A DNA stretch of 64,000 nt from Terriglobia bacterium. GTDB taxonomy: Bacteria; Acidobacteriota; Terriglobia; JAIQFV01. The translations under genes were made by a program, and so were the position numbers. A model generated the notes under the pieces. That model saw nothing but the letters and a program-made list of their open reading frames with translations, was not told the origin of the DNA and ran no database searches. This document shows positions 1-8,281 of this stretch, piece after piece. How positions within the stretch are numbered: the stretch's first letter is position 1; each line of letters begins with the position of its first letter. The stretch covers positions 124,162 to 188,161 of the forward strand of contig JAIQFV010000009.1 in the NCBI GenBank assembly GCA_020073085.1, given 5' to 3'.

Positions 1-710
1 CACCAGCACTACCGAAGCGGCATCAAACGAGACATAGCGGTGCAAGGCACGAAACAGGGAGCGAAACAACTCTTCCCGGTTGAGGTGTGACGCGATCGCA
101 TTGTTGACCTCGAGAATCAGCTGGTGCTGTCGTTCGAGGCGCACTTTTTCCTGCAAGGCAAAATTGTCTTGCTCGAGTTTTCGTGACACCCGTTTCAACT
201 GCTCATAAGTGGTCGCGTTGTCGTAGGCCAGGGCCACGATCCGAGACACCTCTTCAAACAACGTCCGGTCTTCAGGGGAATACGCATTCACACGACGGCT
301 GGCAATCGAAAGGATGCCCGCGACACGGTCCCTGACCACCAGGGGGACCGCACATCCCGAACGCAATCCGCCCTGCATCAGCTTCGTTGCACTCAGCGTG
401 AACTGCTCGGCTTTCCCAAAATCGGGGATCACTATGGATTCGCGGTGGTCATAAACCCAGCCGGCAATGCTCCCCTTGCGCGGGACCTTCACGTATCTGG
501 TCAACACCGCGCTAGGGGCATCGATCTCCAACATCTGAATCTGAAAGCCGTCTTCATCGGGATCCGGGATGAGCACCGCCGCATAATTGAGATCCACGAG
601 GCGACGCAGCGATTTGACCGCAGCATGAAACACGCCGTCCGGATCAAGTTTTGACACGGTGGCCGTTGTCATTTCGAGAAAAGCCCGGTATTTTTGTTCT
701 ACTGAACTCA
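1..710 (-). CDS. GAF domain-containing protein, N-terminal part (C-terminus lies beyond window start)
   Basis: Reverse-strand frame read by hand from ATG at 708-710: MSSVEQKYRAFLEMTTATV... runs to the window edge without a stop. It has the GAF-like pattern of regulatory sensor domains. It is absent from the ORF track because no stop falls inside the window. Confidence 0.5.
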
Positions 711-845
711 TATCATTCTGGTGACTGAAGATTGTTTCCCTGATTAAACCTGAAGGCAATCTCCACAAGCTTCCTTTGCGATCCTTGCACCTTCGTTGCG
801 GCCTTTGCGGTTACCTTTTCGTCCTCGGAAAATTCCCGAGCACCC

Positions 846-1799
846 TCAATCGAGAATCCTCTCCCCTATTTTCTGCTCCAGTGCCCTCTCATAGACTGTC
901 GCGCCGACGGCAAGATCTTCCAGCGCGATCCCGAGGGACTTAAAGAATGTAATCTCACCATTCGTTTCCCGGCCCTTTGATCTCCCGGTCACGACCCAGC
1001 CCAGTTCCCCCACCTTCTCCCAGTACATCAGACCGCGTTCCACGCATCTTTGGAATTCTCCTGCTTCCATTTTGGCCTGATCGAGGGAATCAACGACAAT
1101 CCGGTCCGATCGCAGGACCGTGGTTGTATCCACCTCAGCGCGAAGCGGGGAATTTCCCCCGATCACATTGAGATGCGCCCCCTCGCCGAGCCAGTCCCCG
1201 TCGAAGAGCGGTTCTGTTGCCATTGTGGCAGTAATGATGATGTCCGAACCCTCGACGACAGACCTCGCCTCAGTAACAGGCTGGACTTCAATTTTCAGCG
1301 CTGCCTCCATCGTCTTGCAGAAAGCCTGCCTTCGATCGGTCTTTCGGGAGAACGCCCTGACACGTCTGATTTTTCTTACAGCACATACGGCCTGCAATTG
1401 GGTTTGGGCCTGGTATCCCGTCCCGAAAATCCCGACGTTGGCGGCCTCTTCCCGTGCCATCCATTTCGTGGCAATCCCGCTGGCCGCGCCGGTCCGCATC
1501 TGCCCCATGCGGTCTGCCTCGATAATCGCCAGCAACTCACCGGTTTCTGAATGGTAGAGGTTGACCAGGAACTTTGAACCAGAAGTGAACCAGGTGTATG
1601 CCTTGAAACCGATGACTCCGAACGCGGGAAGTCCAGCCACCATCAGATTCAACCCGCCATGTTTTTGATGGATGCGGGCGCGGGGCAGATTCATGGCGCG
1701 GCCATGCCCCAACTCCACAAAGGCACGCTCCACCGAGGCCAGGGCCGTCGGCATGTCCAGCAATCGCTCCACATCGGATTCCCGCAAAAGCAGCGCCAC
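846..1799 (-). CDS. ornithine cyclodeaminase / mu-crystallin family protein
   Basis: 317 aa with a Rossmann-like GxGxxA region (GIFGTGYQAQTQL) and OCD/mu-crystallin family-like N-terminus (MALLLRESDVERLLDMP). Confidence 0.75.
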   Translation of the reverse strand: MALLLRESDVERLLDMPTALASVERAFVELGHGRAMNLPRARIHQKHGGLNLMVAGLPAFGVIGFKAYTWFTSGSKFLVNLYHSETGELLAIIEADRMGQMRTGAASGIATKWMAREEAANVGIFGTGYQAQTQLQAVCAVRKIRRVRAFSRKTDRRQAFCKTMEAALKIEVQPVTEARSVVEGSDIIITATMATEPLFDGDWLGEGAHLNVIGGNSPLRAEVDTTTVLRSDRIVVDSLDQAKMEAGEFQRCVERGLMYWEKVGELGWVVTGRSKGRETNGEITFFKSLGIALEDLAVGATVYERALEQKIGERILD

Positions 1800-1999
1800 A
1801 GTTTACCTGTCCCTGAAAATTGTTAAACTTGATACAACCACAGTGGTATAAAATGTGTCAATGCGAAACGAGCTTCGGCTCGTACTACGAAAATTCACGA
1901 TTGATGGGAAGGTCAGGGAGAGACACCTTTTCTTAGAACCTCTCGCGGGAATGTTAACAAAGCAGGTGTCTGTCCCTTTTTCCCGAAAATTCACAGTTA

Positions 2000-2227
2000 A
2001 TGGGAGATCCTATGGGAGAAGGCTTATTTCAGCCGATGCATTTGCTGGTTATCCTGGTCATTGCGATCTTCGTCTTTGGCCCCAAGAAATTACCGGAGTT
2101 GGGAAAGAGCCTGGGAGAAGGGATTAAGGGCTTCAAAGATGCAATGAACGGAGGGCTTTCCGCTGAAGATACGAAATACAAGGAAGCCCCCAAGCAGATT
2201 GAAGAGAAGTCGTCGGCGGAGAAATAG
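2000..2227 (+). CDS. tatA: twin-arginine translocase subunit TatA/E
   Basis: 75 aa: an N-terminal TM helix followed by [24 protein letters not shown], the hallmark TatA hinge/amphipathic helix motif. Start may be the second ATG at 2012. Confidence 0.8.
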   Translation: MGDPMGEGLFQPMHLLVILVIAIFVFGPKKLPELGKSLGEGIKGFKDAMNGGLSAEDTKYKEAPKQIEEKSSAEK

Positions 2228-2449
2228 GGATTCGGGTGTCGGGTCCCATCTCCCCGAAGGATGTTGAAGGTTGCAATCTTATAGCTCCGCTAGGAGTGGC
2301 ATATTTATAGGGGAAGGGGTCCTAAACGGCATTTGTCGAGCTCCAGCGGAGCGACATCGTACCTGGGGGAAATCGGGATAGAGGCCTTGGCTATAAGCAT
2401 ATCGCTCCTCTCGGAGACTTACTGAGAAATACGTGACTCTCACTATATT

Positions 2450-3208
2450 TCATTTGCCGATAAGGCGTCCAAAGTCTCGAATCATCATGTCGATAGTATC
2501 TTCGCCAACAAGGATAAATCGCTCTGGAGATCGAAATGTGCACGTGCGACGGATGAATGGAGGAAGGAGTTTGCCCAAAAAAAACATAAATGAAAATCCC
2601 AAAAATATGAACTTGTAGCGCCAGTAATTGCTGAGCTTCCCACCGTACGGAATGAAAACTGACGTCCAAAACTTTTCGGCTGGGACGATGCTCACCCAAA
2701 CAGCCGCATCACTTGGAAAGTTGACCTCGCCGAGAAGATACAAGCGCAGTTCCTCTTCATACCGCGATCCAAGGCTTGGGGTGAGAAGCAGATCTTTTCC
2801 TGACTTCCAAGCATGCGCTGAACCCCGCCACAAAACACTCGCCACGAAGTAAGTGAGCTTCCCGACGTCTATTTCAGCGATATTCGCCGAGGAATAAACC
2901 TTGAGCCGATTGCTAAGCAGAGGCTGAGTTCGATCGATCAGAGCTTTCAACTTGAACCCTTCGCCAACTCTGGAACAATAATCGAGAACCCATCGCTCCC
3001 CGTTCACATCGAATCGTTCTTCGCATTCCATGCAGAGCACGTAGTCTGTAATCTGCTCATTCTTTTGTATGATAACCGCTGGCTTGATAACCACAGGTGG
3101 GGCACCTTCGGATTGCTGTATGAGCTTGTACGCTGCCTTTGGTATAAAGTGGCTCCTGCATAGATCGCGATTCAAGTGACAGAGTTTGCATCTTCGGACT
3201 GGACCCAT
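2450..3208 (-). CDS. hypothetical Cys-rich protein in an AT-rich islet; possibly damaged at its C-terminus
   Basis: 252 aa with an N-terminal CxxCx7CxxH-like cluster (CKLCHLNRDLCRSH) and a second CMEC pair. Local GC drops sharply over 2400-3500. The C-terminal 50 aa are hydrophobic and low-complexity and read through an A-rich tract. Confidence 0.4.
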   Translation of the reverse strand: MGPVRRCKLCHLNRDLCRSHFIPKAAYKLIQQSEGAPPVVIKPAVIIQKNEQITDYVLCMECEERFDVNGERWVLDYCSRVGEGFKLKALIDRTQPLLSNRLKVYSSANIAEIDVGKLTYFVASVLWRGSAHAWKSGKDLLLTPSLGSRYEEELRLYLLGEVNFPSDAAVWVSIVPAEKFWTSVFIPYGGKLSNYWRYKFIFLGFSFMFFLGKLLPPFIRRTCTFRSPERFILVGEDTIDMMIRDFGRLIGK

Positions 3209-3391
3209 TGTTAATCCTGCATCCTTAGGTAACTTAGAGGATTTTATTCAACATGGCTCCGCAACTTGCCTTTCCTCTTCATCCTCCTCGCGGGCATACT
3301 GGACAAGATCTCAATCGTTGCGCCGAAATTCAATTGTCACAAAAGTTCCCCCTGAAGCGGGGATGTGATTACCCCATCTTAAACCATCAAT

Positions 3392-3460
3392 CGATGGTGC
3401 CTGGTCTCAACAATCAACGAATCACCTTGTTGAATTTTGAAACCTACCCCCTATTTCTTT
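3392..3460. promoter_or_regulatory. conserved about 65-bp upstream element, copy 1 (upstream of 2450..3208)
   Basis: cgatggtgcctggtctcaacaatcaacgaatcaccttgttgaattttgaaacctaccc is about 88% identical to the copy at 5181-5240. Contains inverted caacaa...ttgttg. Confidence 0.4.
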
Positions 3461-3552
3461 CTGCCCTAATTCTTTCGGTAATATAATAGTGAAGTGAAGC
3501 CAATCAACTTCGCCCGATACTCTCCGTATGATTGATCCAGGCGGTCAGCGCA

Positions 3553-5163
3553 TCAAGGCAGAACCACCTTCTGAAAGAACTTGTCGGCCGTCTTGGGATC
3601 GAGGGTTTTCAGCTTCTCGTAAACCTTGACGACATCCGATCGCTGGCCATTCTGATTGTAATAGAGGCCCAAGTTGTACCACGCCTCTGCATCGTCCGGT
3701 TTCAGCCGGATGGCGTCCTGAGTTGCGCTGATCGCCTTGTCGAATTGTCCAAGGCGGCGGTAGGCGGTACCCAAGTTCACCCATGCGTCTGCATGGTCTG
3801 GTTTCAACCGGATGGCTTCCCGCAAGGCGCTAACCTCCTTGTCGTATTGTCCATGGCTGCCGTAGGCAGTGCCCAAGTTGTACCACGTGTCTGCATGGTC
3901 CGGTTTCAACCGGATGGCTTCCTGCAAGGCGCTAACCTCCTCGTCGTATTGTCCAAGACTGCTGTAGAAAGTGCCCAGGTTGACCCACGGGTCTGCATCG
4001 TCCGGTTTCAGCCGGATGGCTTCCTGCAAGGCGCTGATCGCCTTCTCATATTGTCCAAGACTGCCGTAGAAAGTGCCCAGGTTGTACCACGCCTCTGCAT
4101 GGTCCGATTTTAACCGGATGGCTTCCTGCAAGGCATCAATTGCCTTGTCGTATTGTCTAAGGCGGCCGTAGGTAGTGCCCAAGTTGTACCACGCGTCTGC
4201 ATCGCCCGGTCTCAGGCGAATGGCTTCCTGCAAGGCGCTAATCGCCTTCTCATATTGTCCAAGGTTAAAGTAAGATACTCCCAAGTTATACCATTCCACT
4301 GCAAAGTCCGGTTTCAGTCGGATGGCTTCTCGGTAAGCGCTGACCGCCTCCTCGTATTTGCCCGCCTTTTGGGCTTCGTACCCCTTCACGAGCCACACGA
4401 AGCACTGGAAGGCGGGACTGTTACCGCGAGCGGCGGGCGCGGCGGTTGCAGGTTGGCGGTCGAGCGCCAGCGTCCACTCGCCCGGCAGGGCAAAATTCAA
4501 GCTCTGGCCCTCTTTAAGATAAAACGTGGTAATGCCTACCAGCTGTCCTTCAGCGTCAAACAGTCCGCCGCCACTTGATCCGGGGGAAATGGCGGCTGAA
4601 GTCTGAATCACCCGGTCTTTATCGAAATCTCGCAAGCCGGAAATCAGACCTTCTGAAATGGTCAGCTCCAGACCCTGCGGCGCGCCAATAGCATAAACCT
4701 TCTCACCCACAGCGAGCGTAGAAGAATCACGAACTTGAACAGCAGGGGCAGCGAGCCCAGCGACGGAAAGCTCCGCCAGGTCATGGTCGGCATCAACCTT
4801 CACGAGCCGGGCAGGCCACGTCTTTCCGGCATGACCGACCCTGAAGCTCACGCCATTCTCGATAACATGGCGGTTCGTCACAACGCGCCCCGTCGCGATA
4901 ATCACTCCGCTGCCGAAGGCCGCGACTGAACCCTTCGCTTCGAGCGACTCAACCACCATCACGGAAGGGGAGACACGCTTGAAGATTTCCTGCGGCGAGA
5001 GCGGCACAAGAGGACGCTGGCCTAGAGGCGTCTTAATACCTCGCACTTCGGGGACGTCTTGGTTGCGAACCTCCTGTGCTTGGAGAAAAACGACAAAAAG
5101 GAAGGATAAAATTGAGACTGTTACCAAAGAAGGTGAGAATCGACGCATCATAATAGCCTCCAT
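3553..5163 (-). CDS. trypsin-like (S1) serine protease with C-terminal TPR repeat array
   Basis: Signal peptide (MMRRFSPSLVTVSILSFLFVVFLQA). Protease motifs GSGVIIATGRVVTNRHV and SPGSSGGGLF. These are followed by about 8 near-identical 34-aa TPR units (AWYNLG..YGSLGQYEKAISALQEAIRLKPD). The ORF extends to 5202, but the likely start is at the signal peptide. Confidence 0.8.
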   Translation of the reverse strand: MEAIMMRRFSPSLVTVSILSFLFVVFLQAQEVRNQDVPEVRGIKTPLGQRPLVPLSPQEIFKRVSPSVMVVESLEAKGSVAAFGSGVIIATGRVVTNRHVIENGVSFRVGHAGKTWPARLVKVDADHDLAELSVAGLAAPAVQVRDSSTLAVGEKVYAIGAPQGLELTISEGLISGLRDFDKDRVIQTSAAISPGSSGGGLFDAEGQLVGITTFYLKEGQSLNFALPGEWTLALDRQPATAAPAARGNSPAFQCFVWLVKGYEAQKAGKYEEAVSAYREAIRLKPDFAVEWYNLGVSYFNLGQYEKAISALQEAIRLRPGDADAWYNLGTTYGRLRQYDKAIDALQEAIRLKSDHAEAWYNLGTFYGSLGQYEKAISALQEAIRLKPDDADPWVNLGTFYSSLGQYDEEVSALQEAIRLKPDHADTWYNLGTAYGSHGQYDKEVSALREAIRLKPDHADAWVNLGTAYRRLGQFDKAISATQDAIRLKPDDAEAWYNLGLYYNQNGQRSDVVKVYEKLKTLDPKTADKFFQKVVLP

Positions 5164-5180
5164 CGTGATGACTTCAAAAA

Positions 5181-5240
5181 CGATGGTGCCTAGTCTCAAC
5201 AATCAACGAGTCAGCTTGTTGAATTGTGAAACCTGCCCGT
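5181..5240. promoter_or_regulatory. conserved about 65-bp upstream element, copy 2 (immediately upstream of the S1-TPR protease start)
   Basis: cgatggtgcctagtctcaacaatcaacgagtcagcttgttgaattgtgaaacctgccc. Same orientation relative to its downstream minus-strand gene as copy 1. Confidence 0.4.
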
Positions 5241-5365
5241 CAGAAAATTTGATCAAGTGTCAAGAAAGTCGCTTGGAAAATTTGTCAATCCACGAAGGGC
5301 GAAGCCCTATAAATCTTCCGGGCTCGAACCGGTTGCCTTTGCCAACCGTGTCAGCAGACGAGGAA

Positions 5366-5554
5366 CTATCTCTTTAATTCAGGGGAAATTTCATCACGCT
5401 CAAGCCGGTCAGCCACCACGCGAAGGGCCAGGGCTTGCACTTTCGCACGAGCCTCTTGTGGAGTCCCACCATAGGCCAAGACGCCAGGGAGTTCTGCAAC
5501 CTCTGCTATCCAGCGTCCATCTTCCTCTTGTTCCAGCTCAACCAAAAAAGTCAT
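5366..5554 (-). CDS. HicB-like / UPF0150 family antitoxin-like protein
   Basis: 62 aa: MTFLVELEQEEDGRWIAEVAELPGVLAYGGTPQEARAKVQALA matches the HicB N-terminal RNase-H-like fold signature. No HicA-sized ORF is visible alongside. Confidence 0.6.
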   Translation of the reverse strand: MTFLVELEQEEDGRWIAEVAELPGVLAYGGTPQEARAKVQALALRVVADRLERDEISPELKR

Positions 5555-5744
5555 GCAATACTCCGCTTGTCCTATCTCCTGCGAATCGATTCTATCATAG
5601 TCCCTCCGAGTGAAAGAATTCCGCCTCAGACCTTACTAATTTCCAATCCAGGAAAAGAGCGGGTGCCGCAGACATGTCCGCCTGGGCGGACATGTCTGCG
5701 AAGAGTGATCCATGACGCCTCTACTCTCCCCGGCAAGGCCACCG

Positions 5745-5835
5745 GCAAATCCCCCAAGGGCCACGACCAGCCGCGGCCTTCAGGATTCTGGCAGACGCAG
5801 GCATGCACACAACGCATGCCTGCGGCACCCCGGCA
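5745..5835. repeat. REP-like palindromic repeat, copy 1
   Basis: ttctggcagacgcaggcatgcacacaacgcatgcctgcggcaccc forms a perfect 11-12-bp stem around a 7-nt loop, with about 45 bp of conserved 5' flank. Confidence 0.8.
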
Positions 5836-6209
5836 ACCCTATTCTTTTTCCTCAGGATTAGGCCGTGAATCACCCCTAACGCCAGAATTCTCATCCCACT
5901 ACCGGGAGGTGGTGGATCATTCAGATTCAGCCTACCTACGGACCGCGTCCGACTGGAAAATCCCTCCCGCGGAAGCTGGTGGATCGTTCAAATCCCGACT
6001 TTCACTAGGGCGGGGACTGACAACTTCCCCTGCTTTCCTGCCGTCGACTCAGAAATGGCCGTGATCCCTGGCAATGGAGTCACCAAGCTACTTCAGAAAG
6101 CATGGTGGTTTTGTTTTGATGGTAGGACTTGAATCATCCCCCAACCCCCGTTGGGGGAATTAAGATTTTCAGGTCCGACCTCTCCCACGGTAAAATGCTC
6201 GCCATTTTT

Positions 6210-6716
6210 TCATCGGCGCCTTCGCACTTCCTCGAGAGTGCGGCGCAGGAGGCCTAAAACTGCCTTGTCCTTGTCGCGGGCAAATTCGGCTTTCATCTCG
6301 ATCAGTTTCTCGAGGGTCAGAACGCGCACCTTCAGCCCGTTTGGGAGATTCAGTTCAGACGTGGCATTCAGCAGTTCTGCATACCCACGATCCAGATTCT
6401 TTCCAATCGCCCCGAGAAGGTCGAGTGGCCCATACTGCGTCATCAAAAGTTGATGTCCCGGGGACGACAGATGAGATCGGACGGGTTTGCTTCGACGAAT
6501 CCCCTGTTCGCGGAAGTATGCTTTAAGGGATTTCAAGGCGGCCATAAGCCGTTCAACGTTTTCGGGGTCCCGCGAATGCACCAGATCCAAATCAAAGGTG
6601 GAGATCGGCGCGCCATGCAAAACAGCACAAACACCCCCGACGATGATGAAATCAACCTTGTGCTTTCGAAGGGTCTGGAGAATGGAAAGGAAATCAGCCT
6701 TTGAAATTGTTTTCAC
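6210..6716 (-). CDS. Pol-beta-superfamily nucleotidyltransferase (toxin-antitoxin-associated type)
   Basis: 168 aa with hGG-x11-DhDh signature (FIIVGGVCAVLHGAPISTFDLDLV). Overlaps an upstream small ORF by 23 nt. Confidence 0.6.
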   Translation of the reverse strand: MKTISKADFLSILQTLRKHKVDFIIVGGVCAVLHGAPISTFDLDLVHSRDPENVERLMAALKSLKAYFREQGIRRSKPVRSHLSSPGHQLLMTQYGPLDLLGAIGKNLDRGYAELLNATSELNLPNGLKVRVLTLEKLIEMKAEFARDKDKAVLGLLRRTLEEVRRRR

Positions 6717-6906
6717 TGCGCAACCTCATCATTGCGCGCACATGATTTTGTAGAGTCTCGAGACGCTCGGCAGGGGTCAATGAAAGCATCCATCGAATGA
6801 GTGACACGTCGATCCCATCTTCGTTGTATGTCTCCCTCTTCCCGAAGGACTGGATCAGATCTTTCCCTGTTTTTCGACTGGCCACTGGTGTCATTCGCCG
6901 CTTCAT
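6694..6906 (-). CDS. small hypothetical protein, possible cognate partner of the nucleotidyltransferase
   Basis: 70-aa ORF overlapping the NTase start in an operonic arrangement. No recognisable domain. Confidence 0.3.
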   Translation of the reverse strand: MKRRMTPVASRKTGKDLIQSFGKRETYNEDGIDVSLIRWMLSLTPAERLETLQNHVRAMMRLRSENNFKG

Positions 6907-7177
6907 TTCAACTCCCCCACATGATGCAGTCTACCCGAAGGAATCAATAGAGGCCCACGGTCTGCCTCTTGACAGGCAGTAAGTTTTCAGCTGTTCAGGA
7001 TCACATATTATTCTTTTTCCAGGTGGCAGGTAAGAAAATCTACCCCTGTGTGAGTCCCCCTGCGCCTTTTCATGCCCGGAACGCTCAGGCATGTTCCGCT
7101 GTTCTTAAAGATTCAGATCGGCACTCCTGATGCGTTCACAATTTTCGTATCAGACCCTTCCAATCGGATGACATCCC

Positions 7178-7480
7178 TCATTGGTGAACGTTCGACAGCG
7201 GTTGAATGCGCCGCACATGGATTTGGTTCTCGCGTTTACGGGTTTGAGCGATGTCGTAAGAGGCTTGCATTCGCATGAGCGTGTCCATCTTCACTCCAAA
7301 GGCTTTCTCGATACGGAGTGCCATGTTCCCGGAAAGGTCAGCCTTGGCGTTGAGCAGGCTGGAGAGCGCGGGCCGGGAAACATGAAGCGCGGCCGCCGCC
7401 GCCGTCACCGAAAGCCCCGCGGGCTCGATAATCTCCGTCCGAATGAAATCTCCGGGATGGGGCGGGTTCTTCATAGGCAT
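7178..7480 (-). CDS. higA: HigA family antitoxin (XRE-type HTH)
   Basis: 100 aa: HPGDFIRTEIIEPAGLSVTAAAAALHVSRPALSSLLNAKADLSGNMALRIEKAF is a classic HigA/antidote HTH. Confidence 0.8.
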   Translation of the reverse strand: MPMKNPPHPGDFIRTEIIEPAGLSVTAAAAALHVSRPALSSLLNAKADLSGNMALRIEKAFGVKMDTLMRMQASYDIAQTRKRENQIHVRRIQPLSNVHQ

Positions 7481-7499
7481 GGCGTTTACTCCTCTTATC

Positions 7500-7790
7500 T
7501 TAGTGATAGTCTTCCAAATTCAAGTCGCAGATTTCGCGTTCTGCAATGTCGATCCGGAACGTTAAGCGGCGATTGCGGGTGACGCTGAGGCTCCATGTGT
7601 CCTTGCGGTCACCAGTAAGAGTGTGCACCTTCCACGCCGGCAGCGAGCGTAATTCCTGGGGGTCTTGCATGTCATCGAGAAACGCCAGCATCTTGCGAAG
7701 CTTTTCCACCGTATCGGTTGGAACGCTCCTGGCGCTGTCTTCCGCGTAGAGCCTCTTCAGGCCCTTATGGACAAAGTTCCGTATTTTCAC
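7500..7790 (-). CDS. higB: HigB toxin (RelE/ParE superfamily killer protein)
   Basis: IRNFVHKGLKRLYAED...AWKVHTLTGDRKDTWSLSVTRNRRLTFRI is a typical HigB. The track ORF (7500-7874) is over-extended at its 5' end. Likely GTG start near 7790, 20 nt upstream of higA. Confidence 0.7.
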   Translation of the reverse strand: MKIRNFVHKGLKRLYAEDSARSVPTDTVEKLRKMLAFLDDMQDPQELRSLPAWKVHTLTGDRKDTWSLSVTRNRRLTFRIDIAEREICDLNLEDYH

Positions 7791-7879
7791 CAGACCGACT
7801 GTAGCCCGTCGCTTAACACTTGTCAAGTGGGGTCCCTGAGTGCGCTGCACACCCCCCGGTGCAGCCACCCGCAAATTCC

Positions 7880-7960
7880 CCTAGGATAACGCCGTCGGCG
7901 GTCTTCAGGACTCTGGCAGACGCAGGCATGCACAAGACGCATGCCTGCGGCACCCGGGAA
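7880..7960. repeat. REP-like palindromic repeat, copy 2
   Basis: ctctggcagacgcaggcatgcacaagacgcatgcctgcggcaccc. Confidence 0.8.
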
Positions 7961-8094
7961 AAACAGTGAGTCTTGGGACCCTTTCGATTGCCACTCAAGG
8001 ACGGTCACGAATGCCGCAGACATGGGCTTTTTGCATTGCTGCGAAGGGCGGTACCTGGAGCCGCTACTCCCCCGAAGGAGGGCGCCCGCAGATC

Positions 8095-8175
8095 TTCAAA
8101 GGGGCGGGCCGACCGGCACTCTTCGAGACTCTGGCAGACGCAGGCATGCAAAAAATGCATGCCTGCGGCCCCCCG
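8095..8175. repeat. REP-like palindromic repeat, copy 3
   Basis: ctctggcagacgcaggcatgcaaaaaatgcatgcctgcggccccc with conserved 5' flank. Confidence 0.8.
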
Positions 8176-8281
8176 GGTACCTGCTCCCGTTTGACTCTCT
8201 AGTCTCCTCTGCCTATAATTGCCGTTACTTATTTACCGCCTCTTTCACGCATTCGCCCTCTCTCAGGGCAAGGAGTCATTC

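Noticed and set aside
3532-4113. 193-aa plus-strand ORF
   Set aside because: It lies antisense to the TPR repeat array of the protease gene and its periodic sequence is an artefact of the repeats.
5626-5817. 63-aa ORF MRCVHACVCQNPEGRGW... and its twin at 7823..8023
   Set aside because: Both are translations of the REP-like palindromic repeat and share sequence only because the repeat is shared.
5880-6010. Possible tRNA fragment / att site (ggtggatcgttcaaatcc)
   Set aside because: No cloverleaf can be drawn. Kept only as a degenerate direct-repeat note within the TA islet.
6136-6166. Hairpin cccccaac-cccc-gttggggg as a rho-independent terminator
   Set aside because: Good stem, but the T-run is weak on the plus strand and absent on the minus strand where the adjacent gene ends.
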